DNA of 64,000 bases from Candidatus Kapaibacterium sp. (GTDB lineage Bacteria; Bacteroidota; Ignavibacteria; Kapaibacteriales; UBA2268). Of this stretch, positions 41,598-51,707 are shown in pieces. The notes below the pieces were generated by a model. It worked only from the letters and a program-made list of their open reading frames with translations, searched no databases and was not told the DNA's origin. The stretch's first letter is position 1; each line of letters opens with the position of its first letter. Location: the NCBI GenBank assembly GCA_963665665.1, contig OY762428.1, positions 3,360,001 through 3,424,000 on the forward strand, in the 5' to 3' direction. The position numbers and the translations under genes are program-made.

Positions 41598-42167
41598 CTA
41601 AACATTTTCGGCGATATCTTTAAGATAGGGAGACAGTATATCAATAATTTTTTTTCTTGCCCTTGTCACTCTAAGTTTGGCATTAGGAAGAGAGATCGAG
41701 GCTTCTTTAGCAATTTCTTTATATCTCATTCCCTTAAATTCCCTCATAATGAAAGCCTCCCTGTATATTGGGTCAAGAAGGTCCACAGTACTTATCAGCA
41801 ATTCAAGCAGTTCCTGTTTTTCGTAGGAATCCGAATTGCCGTTTGTAAGATGAGTTTCTTCAACAGGAATATTATGTTTTTTATTACGCACATAGTTAAA
41901 GCAGAGATTTTTTGCAATAGTAACCAGGAAACCCGGAATATTCGAACATTCCCGCTTAGTATCTACTTTTTTAAGAAAACGAATAAAGGTTTCCTGAAAG
42001 ATATCATCCACCACATCCCTGTTTTTAACAATACAGCAGCAATAAGCGTGAACCATCTGAGAATATCTCTCATATATCTCATTGAATGCCAATTCCCTTT
42101 TTTTCTTCGGGCCTTTTAGCAAACCGACGAGTTGTTCATCCGAATATGTTCCAAAATTATTTTTCAT
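41598..42167 (-). CDS. ECF RNA polymerase sigma factor
   Basis: DDIFQETFIRF region 2; YREAFIMREFKGMRYKEIA...RVTRARKK region 4. Confidence 0.92.
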   Translation of the reverse strand: MKNNFGTYSDEQLVGLLKGPKKKRELAFNEIYERYSQMVHAYCCCIVKNRDVVDDIFQETFIRFLKKVDTKRECSNIPGFLVTIAKNLCFNYVRNKKHNIPVEETHLTNGNSDSYEKQELLELLISTVDLLDPIYREAFIMREFKGMRYKEIAKEASISLPNAKLRVTRARKKIIDILSPYLKDIAENV

Positions 42168-42200
42168 CTACTCAATTTTCATTTTCATCCTTCATCTTAG

Positions 42201-42232
42201 AATAATTACACCTGTAATCAAAAAAAGATACA
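42201..42232 (-). promoter_or_regulatory. Putative ECF autoregulatory promoter
   Basis: TGTATC-T7-GATTACAGGTGTAATTATT; 22/32 ungapped identity to 49162-49193 at almost the same distance from the ATG. Confidence 0.5.
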
Positions 42233-42373
42233 AGTATTAAACATTTTTAGCATTGAACCGTTATTAAATAATAAATTATGTAATTTATATTAAAATTTAT
42301 TGTGTAATTTTGGTTTATTGAAAATTAATTATTTGAATTTTTTGTTTCACATTCAGAAGGGCTTGTCCGGTAT

Positions 42374-43417
42374 ATGGACCCCGTACCTTTATCAATTTTA
42401 GTCTCATCCGGATCGGTGTGTGCATTCCTTTCCGGCCTTGTCACAGGATACTCAACAAGTGAACCTAAAGACGACCACCCCGAAGAAAACGAACCCCATT
42501 TACGCTTATTATCTTTAAAAGAAAGATTTGACGAACTTCCAGGTGCTTTTTTTGCATTGGAAATGCTTTTCTATACATTTGCTGCTATCTGGCTCGGCCT
42601 GTCTCTTAACAAAGATTCCGATATTATCAGCATAGCAATTGCCGGAATTATTTTAATTTTGATTGCCTTGGTATTAAGAACTGTATTTTTTTCTATTGCA
42701 AAAAAATTCTCTACTGTGATAGCTCCATCTTTATCAGCAATATTAATTGCCTTCTATTATATAGTAAACCCCTTATCATCCCTGCTTCAATTTATTGCCA
42801 GAAAAATAACAGGCAAGGAAGCAGCTGAAATCTCGCGAGAAGAAATCAACGCCATGATAGATAACTCACGTGAGGACGGAGCACTCGATGCAGGTGAGTA
42901 CAGAATATTGAAAAATATGATGCTTTTCAGCAGCATTCTGGTATCGGACGTTATGACGCCACGTACTGTTATATTCAGTTGTAAAGCTGATAACACTGTT
43001 GATGACATAATAAACCTTCCTGAACTGCGGATGTACTCCAGGTTCCCCATCTGGGAAGGAGATTCACTTGATAACGGAGTTATCGGCTATGTTATGACCA
43101 AGGACGTTATGAATGCAGCATTAGAAGGCAACGGGAATAAAAAACTCAGAGATTTCCTCCGCGAGGCATACTATATTCCTGAAAATGCTGAATTAGACAA
43201 TGCACTTGACCGATTTCTGCAAAGACGGCAGCATCTTTTCGTGGTTGTTGACGAATACGGCGGCGTTGAAGGCCTTTTAACAATGGAAGACGTACTTGAA
43301 ACCATTCTCGGTGTTGAAATTGTTGACGAAGCCGACCGAGTTGTTGACCTGAGAGCTTTTGCCAAACAGGCAAGAGACAAGCGTATTGAATCAGCAATAA
43401 AATATCATGGCGGATAA
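42374..43417 (+). CDS. CNNM/DUF21-CBS domain protein (hemolysin/CorC-like)
   Basis: TM segments; VSDVMTPRT, YSRFPI, VVDEYGGVEGLLTMEDVLE. Confidence 0.88.
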   Translation: MDPVPLSILVSSGSVCAFLSGLVTGYSTSEPKDDHPEENEPHLRLLSLKERFDELPGAFFALEMLFYTFAAIWLGLSLNKDSDIISIAIAGIILILIALVLRTVFFSIAKKFSTVIAPSLSAILIAFYYIVNPLSSLLQFIARKITGKEAAEISREEINAMIDNSREDGALDAGEYRILKNMMLFSSILVSDVMTPRTVIFSCKADNTVDDIINLPELRMYSRFPIWEGDSLDNGVIGYVMTKDVMNAALEGNGNKKLRDFLREAYYIPENAELDNALDRFLQRRQHLFVVVDEYGGVEGLLTMEDVLETILGVEIVDEADRVVDLRAFAKQARDKRIESAIKYHGG

Positions 43418-43468
43418 AAAATATTTGTTTTTTTAGAAAAATACAGCTATATTGCATATCTGTATTTA

Positions 43469-43543
43469 CGGGGTGTAGCACAGCCCGGTTAGCGCGCCTG
43501 CTTTGGGAGCAGGAGGTCGGAGGTTCGAATCCTCTCACCCCGA
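43469..43543 (+). tRNA. tRNA-Pro(TGG)
   Basis: CGGGGTG acceptor stem, CCTGC-TT TGG GA-GCAGG anticodon arm, GGTTCGAATCC T loop; CCA not encoded. Confidence 0.97.
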
Positions 43544-43544
43544 C

Positions 43545-43612
43545 AAAGCCTTGAGAAATCAAGGCTTTTTTCGTTTTAGCTTAGCAAATAAAAAAGGCCG
43601 GAATTAACCGGC
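43545..43612. terminator. Two convergent terminators (tRNA and cotH-like gene)
   Basis: aaagccttga...tcaaggctttttt and aaaaaaggccgg...ccggcc. Confidence 0.7.
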
Positions 43613-43636
43613 CCGGATATTAGAGGAGAGAAGTGC

Positions 43637-46054
43637 TTATTCTGTTCCAATATATACTATTGTTTCATGGGAAATTTTTGCCCCGCAAATTAATCTGATA
43701 TAATAAACACCCGAGGATACTGAGAGCGAATTATCATCGGTTCCTGACCATTTAATTACATTCCTGCCGTAATTAAATCCGCTGCCGAACTGCCTGATTA
43801 TTTGTCCGCTGGAATTGAAAATTGTCAGGGATGTACTATTCGGATCGTCAGTTTCAAATTCAATATTACTGTTATCCGAAAACGGATTTGGATAAATACT
43901 TAGGTTTTCTGAATTAATATAATCATTTACCGAAGATGTATTGTCGTTATACTCTCCGGGGCTTGCCTGCATAAAAGCAAAATCACCGCTGCCATTTGGA
44001 TACCTGCCGAGTGATACATCTGTCTCCTGGCTATCAAAATTCAAAGAGTCAAGTATGGCATTCCCGTTCTCATCCGTATCAACAAGCATAAGCAACTCCC
44101 CACTGGCCGAGAGTTTGAAATTCGCATGTAGCCCCGGGCTGTCCTTTCCGTCCTCGTCAGCCCAGACAATAAGATATTCACCGGCCCCTATCACGGTATT
44201 CTCAGGGAACTGCCATTTCGGAAGATTATCAGTTTTGTCACTAAGATACAACCCGCTAAGGTCAATATCTTCATTACCCGTATTAAATAATTCTATCCAA
44301 TCATCATATTCGCCCTGGGGGTCGGCTATAGTATTATCATTCGATGCCATTACTTCGTTTATTACAACAGGAAATCCCTCTGTTATATTTGCTTTTACCT
44401 GGTAGATAAATACATCGTGCTCGGCACCCTCCGGATAAAAGGAGCTTGTATTAGAAATATTATCTGCTCTTGCTTCAATATAATACCTGACATAAGTTCC
44501 GGCCGTAAATCCGGGAATATCCGCACCAAAAATACCGTCGCCGGAATCTCCATCGCCGTGATTACCATCGTCATACATTTCTGTCCTTTCAAAAGCACCT
44601 TCAAATCCTGTTGAAAAATACAGCATAACTTTCGATATCCCATTAATGGAATTAATATCAACTGTAATAGTTGCTTCTTCCATTGCACCGGGAACTTCAC
44701 CACTTTCCGAAATTAATTTTAACCCGGAGATTTCAGGGGCATCCACATTCAGGGCAGGCAAATTAAGCAGATAGGCCCTTCTGTTTTTCACGAAAGTTTT
44801 TAGTTCCTCGACGGTACTATAAAATTCATTGTCCGAATAAAGTTTCTTATCATCCTCAATTACGGTTGATTCGATAATGGTTTTATACATATCGATAAAT
44901 TCATTGGTATTATCTTCAGTTAAATCTTTAGACAAAATTGTACGTATATGAGCCAGGTAACGCTGTTTCAATTCCGGATTAGCCAGTAAAATATTTACGA
45001 GCGGAAAATCATCATCATCTGCACGTTTGTATATCGACATATTTGTACTTCTGCTCATAAATGTGGAATTGGCATCAAAATCTATCGGTGTCACTCTGTC
45101 GGTTTCATCATCCCAGTAAACATAATAGTCCATACCACCTTTATTCACATAGCCATCTTCATCAGTATAAATAATCTCGTTAGCAATATGCCAAAGGCTT
45201 CTGTCAACATCAAGATAATATTTTAGTGAATCATACAGCAGGTCAGTATCAAGAGTCCCGAGCATCCTGCAGGCAGTTACGAGCTTCTCCCAGCTTTCAA
45301 TATCGTCGTCGGACTTGATTGTATAATTACTGGTATAAACCATATAATCATCCCCAAGATAATTCAGCGAGCTTGTTCCGGCACCGAAGCGGTTATTCAT
45401 ACCTCCGCCGCCGCCGCCGCTGCCCGGCTGGCGTTGAACAGTGTCAGGAGCTTCCCCGCGCCAGCGTCCGCCTTCGTTGCTTTGAAACCATTCTTCGAAA
45501 AAATCTTTATTAAGCTGCTGAACATTATTATATATTCCCCAATTCTCTCCGTTGATGACAAGTCTTACCCAGTTTACCCTTGCCGTTGGTATATGCTGTC
45601 CGGCCAGCTGTGCGTAAAGCGCTTCGCGCATAAACGAGGCATCTTCATAGCCGTTATTCAGATTCAACGTTTTATACCCCATCAGGCGGGCATCCTCATC
45701 ACTGAAATCGATACTGATATTAAAAGATTTTTTCTCTCCCTGTACTTTCATGTAGGAAGTCTGGCCTCTGAAACGTACACCAACACCATCGATAGTATTG
45801 CCTTCCATAGTTAATCTGGCGGGAATATCCTCACCTGATTCGTAATTCGCAAGCATTTGACTCCAATAATTAGACTGTTCAAACTCAAGATAAATAGTTC
45901 TCAGCTCGTTGATATCATATAATCCTTCAAAATTTCTATATTTCAAAACAAGTTTACCTTCGGAATCAATCTCCATGTTGTCAGGCATATCCTTAGCAAA
46001 AGCAGTTCCTATACAAACCAACCCGATAATCAGTATACTAAAAGCCTTTTTCAT
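43637..46054 (-). CDS. CotH kinase family protein with lamin-tail domain and T9SS CTD
   Basis: GVRFRGQTS, KKSFNI, LNLNN..D.SFMRE; VINEVMASN...DWIELFN; IYPNPF...SSGVYYIRL; start set at MKKAF. Confidence 0.88.
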   Translation of the reverse strand: MKKAFSILIIGLVCIGTAFAKDMPDNMEIDSEGKLVLKYRNFEGLYDINELRTIYLEFEQSNYWSQMLANYESGEDIPARLTMEGNTIDGVGVRFRGQTSYMKVQGEKKSFNISIDFSDEDARLMGYKTLNLNNGYEDASFMREALYAQLAGQHIPTARVNWVRLVINGENWGIYNNVQQLNKDFFEEWFQSNEGGRWRGEAPDTVQRQPGSGGGGGGMNNRFGAGTSSLNYLGDDYMVYTSNYTIKSDDDIESWEKLVTACRMLGTLDTDLLYDSLKYYLDVDRSLWHIANEIIYTDEDGYVNKGGMDYYVYWDDETDRVTPIDFDANSTFMSRSTNMSIYKRADDDDFPLVNILLANPELKQRYLAHIRTILSKDLTEDNTNEFIDMYKTIIESTVIEDDKKLYSDNEFYSTVEELKTFVKNRRAYLLNLPALNVDAPEISGLKLISESGEVPGAMEEATITVDINSINGISKVMLYFSTGFEGAFERTEMYDDGNHGDGDSGDGIFGADIPGFTAGTYVRYYIEARADNISNTSSFYPEGAEHDVFIYQVKANITEGFPVVINEVMASNDNTIADPQGEYDDWIELFNTGNEDIDLSGLYLSDKTDNLPKWQFPENTVIGAGEYLIVWADEDGKDSPGLHANFKLSASGELLMLVDTDENGNAILDSLNFDSQETDVSLGRYPNGSGDFAFMQASPGEYNDNTSSVNDYINSENLSIYPNPFSDNSNIEFETDDPNSTSLTIFNSSGQIIRQFGSGFNYGRNVIKWSGTDDNSLSVSSGVYYIRLICGAKISHETIVYIGTE

Positions 46055-46366
46055 TCTAACTCCGCAATAATCATATAAACTATCTGCCATTTTATACACA
46101 GACAAAATAATTGCGTTTGGGTTTAAAAGTTTTTGTAATTATTTTTCGGATTCAGGCATTGCTGAATATTTCTCACTATTCAATTTTGATTGTTTCCAAC
46201 AGGAAATGCCTCTGCTCATTTAAAGAATTGCACAAAGAAAAAAGCCTACGAAAATAGCAATACATTGCAATGTTTGAGAAATCAATAAACAACGGGGATT
46301 TGATAAAAAAAAAGACCTTTCGGAGGTGAAACCGAAAGGCCTGCCGATAAAATTTATCTGAATTTG

Positions 46367-46951
46367 TTAACTGCCTTTTAGTCCGCGTCCGATCTTTTTG
46401 ATTGAATTGCTTTTCTGAAGATTGACGAGCACGGAATCGAGAATGCCATTGATAAAAATACCACTTTTGTCTGTGGAGTAAAATTTAGCTATTTCGATAA
46501 CTTCATTCACACTTACTTTTGTTGGTATTTCCTCGAAATGGATCAGTTCCGTAAAGGCTATATGCATCAGAACCCGGTCGATCAGGGCTATTCTTTCAAT
46601 TTCCCAGTTTTCAGCAAATTTAATGATCAGGTCGTCATATTCTTTTTCGTTCCTGATAACAAGCTGAATTAGTCTTTCACCGAATTTGATATCTTCCTCT
46701 TTCCAGTTAATCGGGATATCCGCTTCGGATTCAAAAACTTCATCGGGCCTTAGCACCCTGTCGTGATGTTCTTCTTCTTCGTTTATGTTAAACAATCTGA
46801 AAAAAATATGGGAAAAAAGTAAATCGAGTGATGTGCCCGAAATTTTGTACGCGATTAGGGTTTGAAGGACTTTCTCCCTGGCCATTCTCCTGGTCCCCTT
46901 AACCTTTTTGGTTTTGCTCAGGGGAAAGTTTTCTGTAAAATCGGTTATCAT
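46367..46951 (-). CDS. nusB: Transcription antitermination factor NusB
   Basis: RRMAREKVLQ, NWEIERIALIDR, IPTKVSVNEVIEIAKFYS..SGIFINGILD. Confidence 0.95.
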   Translation of the reverse strand: MITDFTENFPLSKTKKVKGTRRMAREKVLQTLIAYKISGTSLDLLFSHIFFRLFNINEEEEHHDRVLRPDEVFESEADIPINWKEEDIKFGERLIQLVIRNEKEYDDLIIKFAENWEIERIALIDRVLMHIAFTELIHFEEIPTKVSVNEVIEIAKFYSTDKSGIFINGILDSVLVNLQKSNSIKKIGRGLKGS

Positions 46952-47183
46952 ACCAAACTCAAACCAATGTAAAAAAATAACTTTTCAATAGCAGTTTAAT
47001 TTCCAATAAGAAAAAACTGAATGCAAAGATAAGAAGAAATTTTAGATAAATAATCAAAGAAAAATCCCTTCCTGCCTGTTAAAAAAAATTACATCATAAT
47101 CAAAATCTTATGGTTCATTTAATATTCTTTTTATTTTTGTCATATCTTCATATATTAGTTGAAAGATTAAAAGGAAATTTTTA

Positions 47184-48332
47184 ATGGCAAAAAGTAAAGT
47201 AAAAAGCAGTGATGTATTTGATCTCGGGGTAAAGGACGAAGTTCTTTGCCTTACTCCGTTGCTGCCTCTTACGTTGAAAAATGCCGCTGAATATGACAAG
47301 TACCTGGACGTTGATAAGATTACTTCAAAGTCTGATAGAATTGTCCTTGATATGGCCCGGGTAAAAATATATGATTCCTTTCTTGTGATTTTTCTTAAAT
47401 CATTAAAAGAATCCTGCAAAGAGAAGAATACAATCCTGGAGGAAAAGGGGATAAGCGATCGAATGGAAAGCTTTATTTCTGCATTAACTCCATCCGTAGA
47501 TAGTCAGGAACCGGAAAGGCCCCGTGCAGGATTTTTTCACCACTGGGTTTCAAATATTGGTATAGCCTTCAAGCTGATTCTGAAAGACACCAAAAGTTTC
47601 ATTGAATTTTTCGGGCTTCTGCTGCTGAAATTTATGAACCTTTTAATCCGGCCATGGGATATGCGCTGGAAAGATTTTCCTTTCCATTTCCTGCGCTCGG
47701 GCGTTAATGCCCTGCCGATAAGTTTTCTGATCGTATTCCTTATCGGAATAATAACCGGATACCAGGGGGCTTTGCAGCTTGCCCAGTTCGGGGCGGATAT
47801 TTATATAGCCGACCTGATCGGCATATCCATTACACGCGAACTGGCTCCTTTGATGACAGCAATTCTTGTTGCAGGGCGTTCCGGGTCGGCATTTGCCGCT
47901 GAAATAGGAACTATGAAAGTATCAGAGGAAATTGACGCGCTTGATTCAATGGGGTTCGACCCGATAAAATTCCTGGTGCTTCCAAGGGTAGCATCAGTGA
48001 TGATAGCAATGCCCATTCTAGTAATTTTCGCTGATATTGCCGGAATAGGCGGCGGGCTTATTGCTGCTCTTGGCACATTGGATATTACCCTTACCGGGTA
48101 TTTAAACGAATTGAACCGGGCATTAAGTTACTGGGATCTTTTTACCGGGCTGGGTAAAAGTGTTGTCTTCGGTTTCTTAATAGCCACAGTAGGCTGCTTT
48201 CGCGGCTTGCAGGTAAAGGGCGGAGCCGAAAGCGTGGGCCGCTTCACAACAGCCTCGGTTGTTAGCGGTGTTCTCCTGATAATTCTTAGCGATGCAGTAT
48301 TTACTTTCATTTTCCAGGTAATAGGTATTTAA
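47184..48332 (+). CDS. mlaE: MlaE family ABC permease with N-terminal STAS-like domain
   Basis: RELAPLMTAILVAGRSGSAFAAEIGTMKVSEEIDAL; GGAESVGRFTT. Confidence 0.9.
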   Translation: MAKSKVKSSDVFDLGVKDEVLCLTPLLPLTLKNAAEYDKYLDVDKITSKSDRIVLDMARVKIYDSFLVIFLKSLKESCKEKNTILEEKGISDRMESFISALTPSVDSQEPERPRAGFFHHWVSNIGIAFKLILKDTKSFIEFFGLLLLKFMNLLIRPWDMRWKDFPFHFLRSGVNALPISFLIVFLIGIITGYQGALQLAQFGADIYIADLIGISITRELAPLMTAILVAGRSGSAFAAEIGTMKVSEEIDALDSMGFDPIKFLVLPRVASVMIAMPILVIFADIAGIGGGLIAALGTLDITLTGYLNELNRALSYWDLFTGLGKSVVFGFLIATVGCFRGLQVKGGAESVGRFTTASVVSGVLLIILSDAVFTFIFQVIGI

Positions 48333-49088
48333 GTGCAGCAGGATAACAAAAATATTATCAGTGTAAGAGATCTCTCGGTCAGTTATGACGGAAGGGTAAT
48401 TATCGAAAATATTAATTTCGATATCATGAAAGGTGATATTTTCGTGATAGTTGGCGGTAGTGGCTGTGGGAAAAGCACGTTGCTTCGTCAGCTGATAGGC
48501 CTGGAAAAACCAACTACCGGAAAGATCACCCTGAAAGGCAGTGATTTTACGTCAGCTGTTGGCAGCGAGAGAATGGCTATGCTCCGGAATTTCGGGGTGC
48601 TGTTTCAGTCCGGCGGCCTTTTTGCTTCAATGACACTTGCTGAAAATATTGAACTTGTTCTTGATTCTCATGCACCGCTAAGCGATAAAAGGAAAATGGA
48701 TGTGATCGACCTTAAACTGAGATCTGTCGGCCTTGGCGGATATGAAAATTTCCTTCCATCGGAAATAAGCGGCGGAATGAAGAAAAGAGCCGGTATTGCC
48801 CGTGCTATGGCCCTTGATCCGGAGATCCTGTTTTTCGACGAACCTTCCAGCGGACTTGACCCCGTAACGGCTGCTGCTCTGGACAGGCTTATACTTGACC
48901 TGAACAAAGGTCTGGGAACAACAATGGTAGTTGTTACTCACGACCTGGCAAGCGTGGAAACAATTGCAAAAAATATTATTATGCTTGACAAAAGTGCCAG
49001 GGGAATAATTGCCGCGGGAACGCTTGAAGAACTAAAGAATATGCAGGACAGGGAAAAAGTATATAAATTCTTTAACAGGCTTGCCTGA
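48333..49088 (+). CDS. mlaF: MlaF-type ABC ATPase
   Basis: [32 protein letters not shown]. Confidence 0.9.
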   Translation: MQQDNKNIISVRDLSVSYDGRVIIENINFDIMKGDIFVIVGGSGCGKSTLLRQLIGLEKPTTGKITLKGSDFTSAVGSERMAMLRNFGVLFQSGGLFASMTLAENIELVLDSHAPLSDKRKMDVIDLKLRSVGLGGYENFLPSEISGGMKKRAGIARAMALDPEILFFDEPSSGLDPVTAAALDRLILDLNKGLGTTMVVVTHDLASVETIAKNIIMLDKSARGIIAAGTLEELKNMQDREKVYKFFNRLA

Positions 49089-49161
49089 ACAGGGGATTTT
49101 ATTTTGAATCATCTAATCGTTCTTCAATCTTTAATTAATTTAAGAATACATAATATTTTCA

Positions 49162-49193
49162 CGTTACTTTTTTCTATTTCGGGCGTTAATATT
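49162..49193 (+). promoter_or_regulatory. Putative ECF autoregulatory promoter
   Basis: CGTTAC-T6-CTATTTCGGGCGTTAATATT, similar to 42201-42232. Confidence 0.5.
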
Positions 49194-49225
49194 GATAAGT
49201 AATTCGGAAAGATTTTGAATGAATT

Positions 49226-49801
49226 ATGCAGAAACTTGAAATAACCAAACTGACAGAGCAAAAGCTTTTTCAGTTTATGAAGGAAAAGGAAAGCAATTAC
49301 GAAGCTGCCTGCAAGGAATTCTACCGCAGGTATGCTATTCGCACGCGTGCCTATATCTTCAAGATTCTGTATAACAAGGATGATACGGACGATATTTTTC
49401 AGGAAGCTTTCCTTAGGTTTTTCAAAACCATGAGGGAAAAAGATGAAATGCAGAATATTCCGGCTTTCCTGCTCAGGATAGCCCGAAATCTTTGCTTAGA
49501 TAATAATAAATCAAGTAAGAGGTTTGTCTCTGTAGAAGATATTGTAATTCCTCAGGAACCTGAAAATTATGAGAAAGATGAAATGATTGCACTGATTGAC
49601 AAGGCTTTGGACCTTCTGGACGAAAGACAGAAAGAATTTTTTGTCCTAAGGGAATACCAGCGCCTTAGTTTCAGAGAAATCGGCGAACTAAAAGGAACAA
49701 ACGAGCAGGCGGCAAAATCAGTGGTTTTCAGGGCGAAGATTAAAATAAGGGAAATTCTTCAGCCTTATATCAAGGAAATAAGCGAATTGAACAGGAGTTG
49801 A
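49226..49801 (+). CDS. ECF RNA polymerase sigma factor
   Basis: DDIFQEAFLRF; FLLRIARNLCLD; FVLREYQRLSFREIG; paralogue of 41598-42167. Confidence 0.92.
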   Translation: MQKLEITKLTEQKLFQFMKEKESNYEAACKEFYRRYAIRTRAYIFKILYNKDDTDDIFQEAFLRFFKTMREKDEMQNIPAFLLRIARNLCLDNNKSSKRFVSVEDIVIPQEPENYEKDEMIALIDKALDLLDERQKEFFVLREYQRLSFREIGELKGTNEQAAKSVVFRAKIKIREILQPYIKEISELNRS

Positions 49802-51012
49802 TCATGAAATACAGCGAATATATTCTGGAATACCTTGAAGGTATTCTCGACCGTGAAAAAGAAGCCGAACTTTTCGGCGAACTCGCGGTAAACGAGGAAC
49901 TCAGGCAGGAAATGAGCGGTCAGTTGATTGTGGCAAGATCCGTTGATACGGAACTTCACAGTTTGGCGCCGTCGCCTGATGTCGGGAACAATATCTTCGA
50001 AAAAATGGGTTTTGATGCAGGCACCGAATCTAAAGGAACATCCAGGCCATTACCAATAATATTTGGCGGCGGCCAGTTTATTAGAAACCTTCTGTCCGGG
50101 CTGGCAGGCTGTGCAATTACTGCTTTGCTTTTCCTTATGTTTATGCCTTCGGAACGATTCGACTATCCTGATCAGCCTGCTTTTACCCTTAATATCCAGG
50201 CTCCGGCTGAAATCAATTATTCCAAAAGTTCAGCCCTGGAGAATAATGCATCGGATATATCCGGGAGTTCTGCAATTCCCGTAATTGAAAATCATGAAAG
50301 TTACAATCACAATGTATCGGGTTCGATAGCCAAACAGGAACAGAACGTTTCTCCGGTATTGAGCGAAACTTCAGTTTCTGATGAAAATGAGAATAATATT
50401 ATAGATAATATGAACTATTCAATTCAAATTCCTGCAAGAGTTGATAATAGTCAAAATCAAATTCCTTATGTGAATACCGGAATAACACTTTCAGCAACCG
50501 ATCAGGATAAAAGTTATGAAATCGGGCACGGATTTGCTCTCACACACAGAAATATCGTGAGCAGTTCAATTGCCAATGTACCAAAGTCTCTGGCCGGAAA
50601 TAAAACAGATTTCCTCAGCGACCGGGCTTTTGGTGCCGAGATCAGGATAGGTGAGGAACATTATGTCGGAGTTGAGGTCGGACGTGAGAATTTCTTCCTG
50701 GAGTATGAAACCGGAATCGAAACGGGTAAGATAATGCACAGACAGAATCCGGACTTGTTCTGGGGCGGAGTATTCTATAAATTTGTTCCTCTGACTGATA
50801 GTCCGGTAAAACCTTATGTACGGGGATTTGGCGGAGCAACGTCAATAGGGCCGACAGCAAGGCTTGCAGGCGGATTGAATTACCGCCCGTTCGGTTCATT
50901 CCTTAATCTGTTTATTGAGGCTGAAGGCAGTACTGTATTTTATCAGTTTGACGCAAGAAACTATAATTCTTTTAATTACGGTATAAGTTATGGTTTATCA
51001 CTTAGTTTTTAA
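49798..51012 (+). CDS. Predicted anti-sigma factor with TM helix, linker and C-terminal beta-barrel
   Basis: ILEYLEGILD...LFGELAVNEELR; TM segment; S/N/E-rich linker; ends YGISYGLSLSF; ATG at 49804 is an alternative start. Confidence 0.72.
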   Translation: MIMKYSEYILEYLEGILDREKEAELFGELAVNEELRQEMSGQLIVARSVDTELHSLAPSPDVGNNIFEKMGFDAGTESKGTSRPLPIIFGGGQFIRNLLSGLAGCAITALLFLMFMPSERFDYPDQPAFTLNIQAPAEINYSKSSALENNASDISGSSAIPVIENHESYNHNVSGSIAKQEQNVSPVLSETSVSDENENNIIDNMNYSIQIPARVDNSQNQIPYVNTGITLSATDQDKSYEIGHGFALTHRNIVSSSIANVPKSLAGNKTDFLSDRAFGAEIRIGEEHYVGVEVGRENFFLEYETGIETGKIMHRQNPDLFWGGVFYKFVPLTDSPVKPYVRGFGGATSIGPTARLAGGLNYRPFGSFLNLFIEAEGSTVFYQFDARNYNSFNYGISYGLSLSF

Positions 51013-51019
51013 GAATACA

Positions 51020-51625
51020 ATGAAAAATTATCTCTATACTATTTTGGCAATAATATTTTTCGTTTCCTGTTCTTCTCCGATGGATCTGGATACGGAAAGG
51101 GAGGATACATTTGTACCAGGTCCGGACAATACGGTTATACCCAAAGTGGAAGTTTCCTGCGAGGAAATATATATTATCAGCGGCGACGGCGAGGACAGCG
51201 GACAAATTTCTCGAAAAGTAAATCTTGAATACGTTGAGCAGGGAGCTTATGTTGATTTGAAAACCGATCCTGATAAATTTTTCATTAAATCAAAGTGGGT
51301 GAGGGGAGAAACAGCTAATACTCCTGATATTCCCGTGTCAATTATGACTCTGGATTTCAGTTTGTATGGCATTGATCTTGAAAATAACTTTTTCTATATT
51401 TATGAACCGGCAGATTCCGCTAACGGTATAAGCGTGGGTGTTGAGTTCCGGGATGTTTATGATATTCGGCACGGAAGTACTAAGCTCTATGTTGCCGAAT
51501 CAGAAAGCCAGACAACAAATAATTCCTACCTTCTGACGATGGAAATGAAAAATCTATCCTATACGGACAGTTACCAGCGAGATATTGGCTGGCAGATAGT
51601 TGTTAAGATAAAAATCAGCTACTGA
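51020..51625 (+). CDS. Lipoprotein, third gene of the ECF module
   Basis: MKNYLYTILAIIFFVSC lipobox. Confidence 0.75.
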   Translation: MKNYLYTILAIIFFVSCSSPMDLDTEREDTFVPGPDNTVIPKVEVSCEEIYIISGDGEDSGQISRKVNLEYVEQGAYVDLKTDPDKFFIKSKWVRGETANTPDIPVSIMTLDFSLYGIDLENNFFYIYEPADSANGISVGVEFRDVYDIRHGSTKLYVAESESQTTNNSYLLTMEMKNLSYTDSYQRDIGWQIVVKIKISY

Positions 51626-51707
51626 TGGCTATCCGAAGCATGATGAAAATGTAAAATCCCCCCAAAAAATTAAAGGAGGGATTTATGATTAACAATTTTA
51701 TTTCATA

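Noticed and set aside
43469-43543. tRNA-Pro as an island integration site
   Set aside because: No adjacent integrase and no duplicated tRNA 3' end noticed in the window
43146-43562. 138-aa minus-strand ORF
   Set aside because: Antisense translation of tRNA-Pro and the CBS gene end
47184-49088. mlaE-mlaF without mlaD as an unusual system
   Set aside because: Split mla operons are common; mlaD may lie elsewhere in the genome
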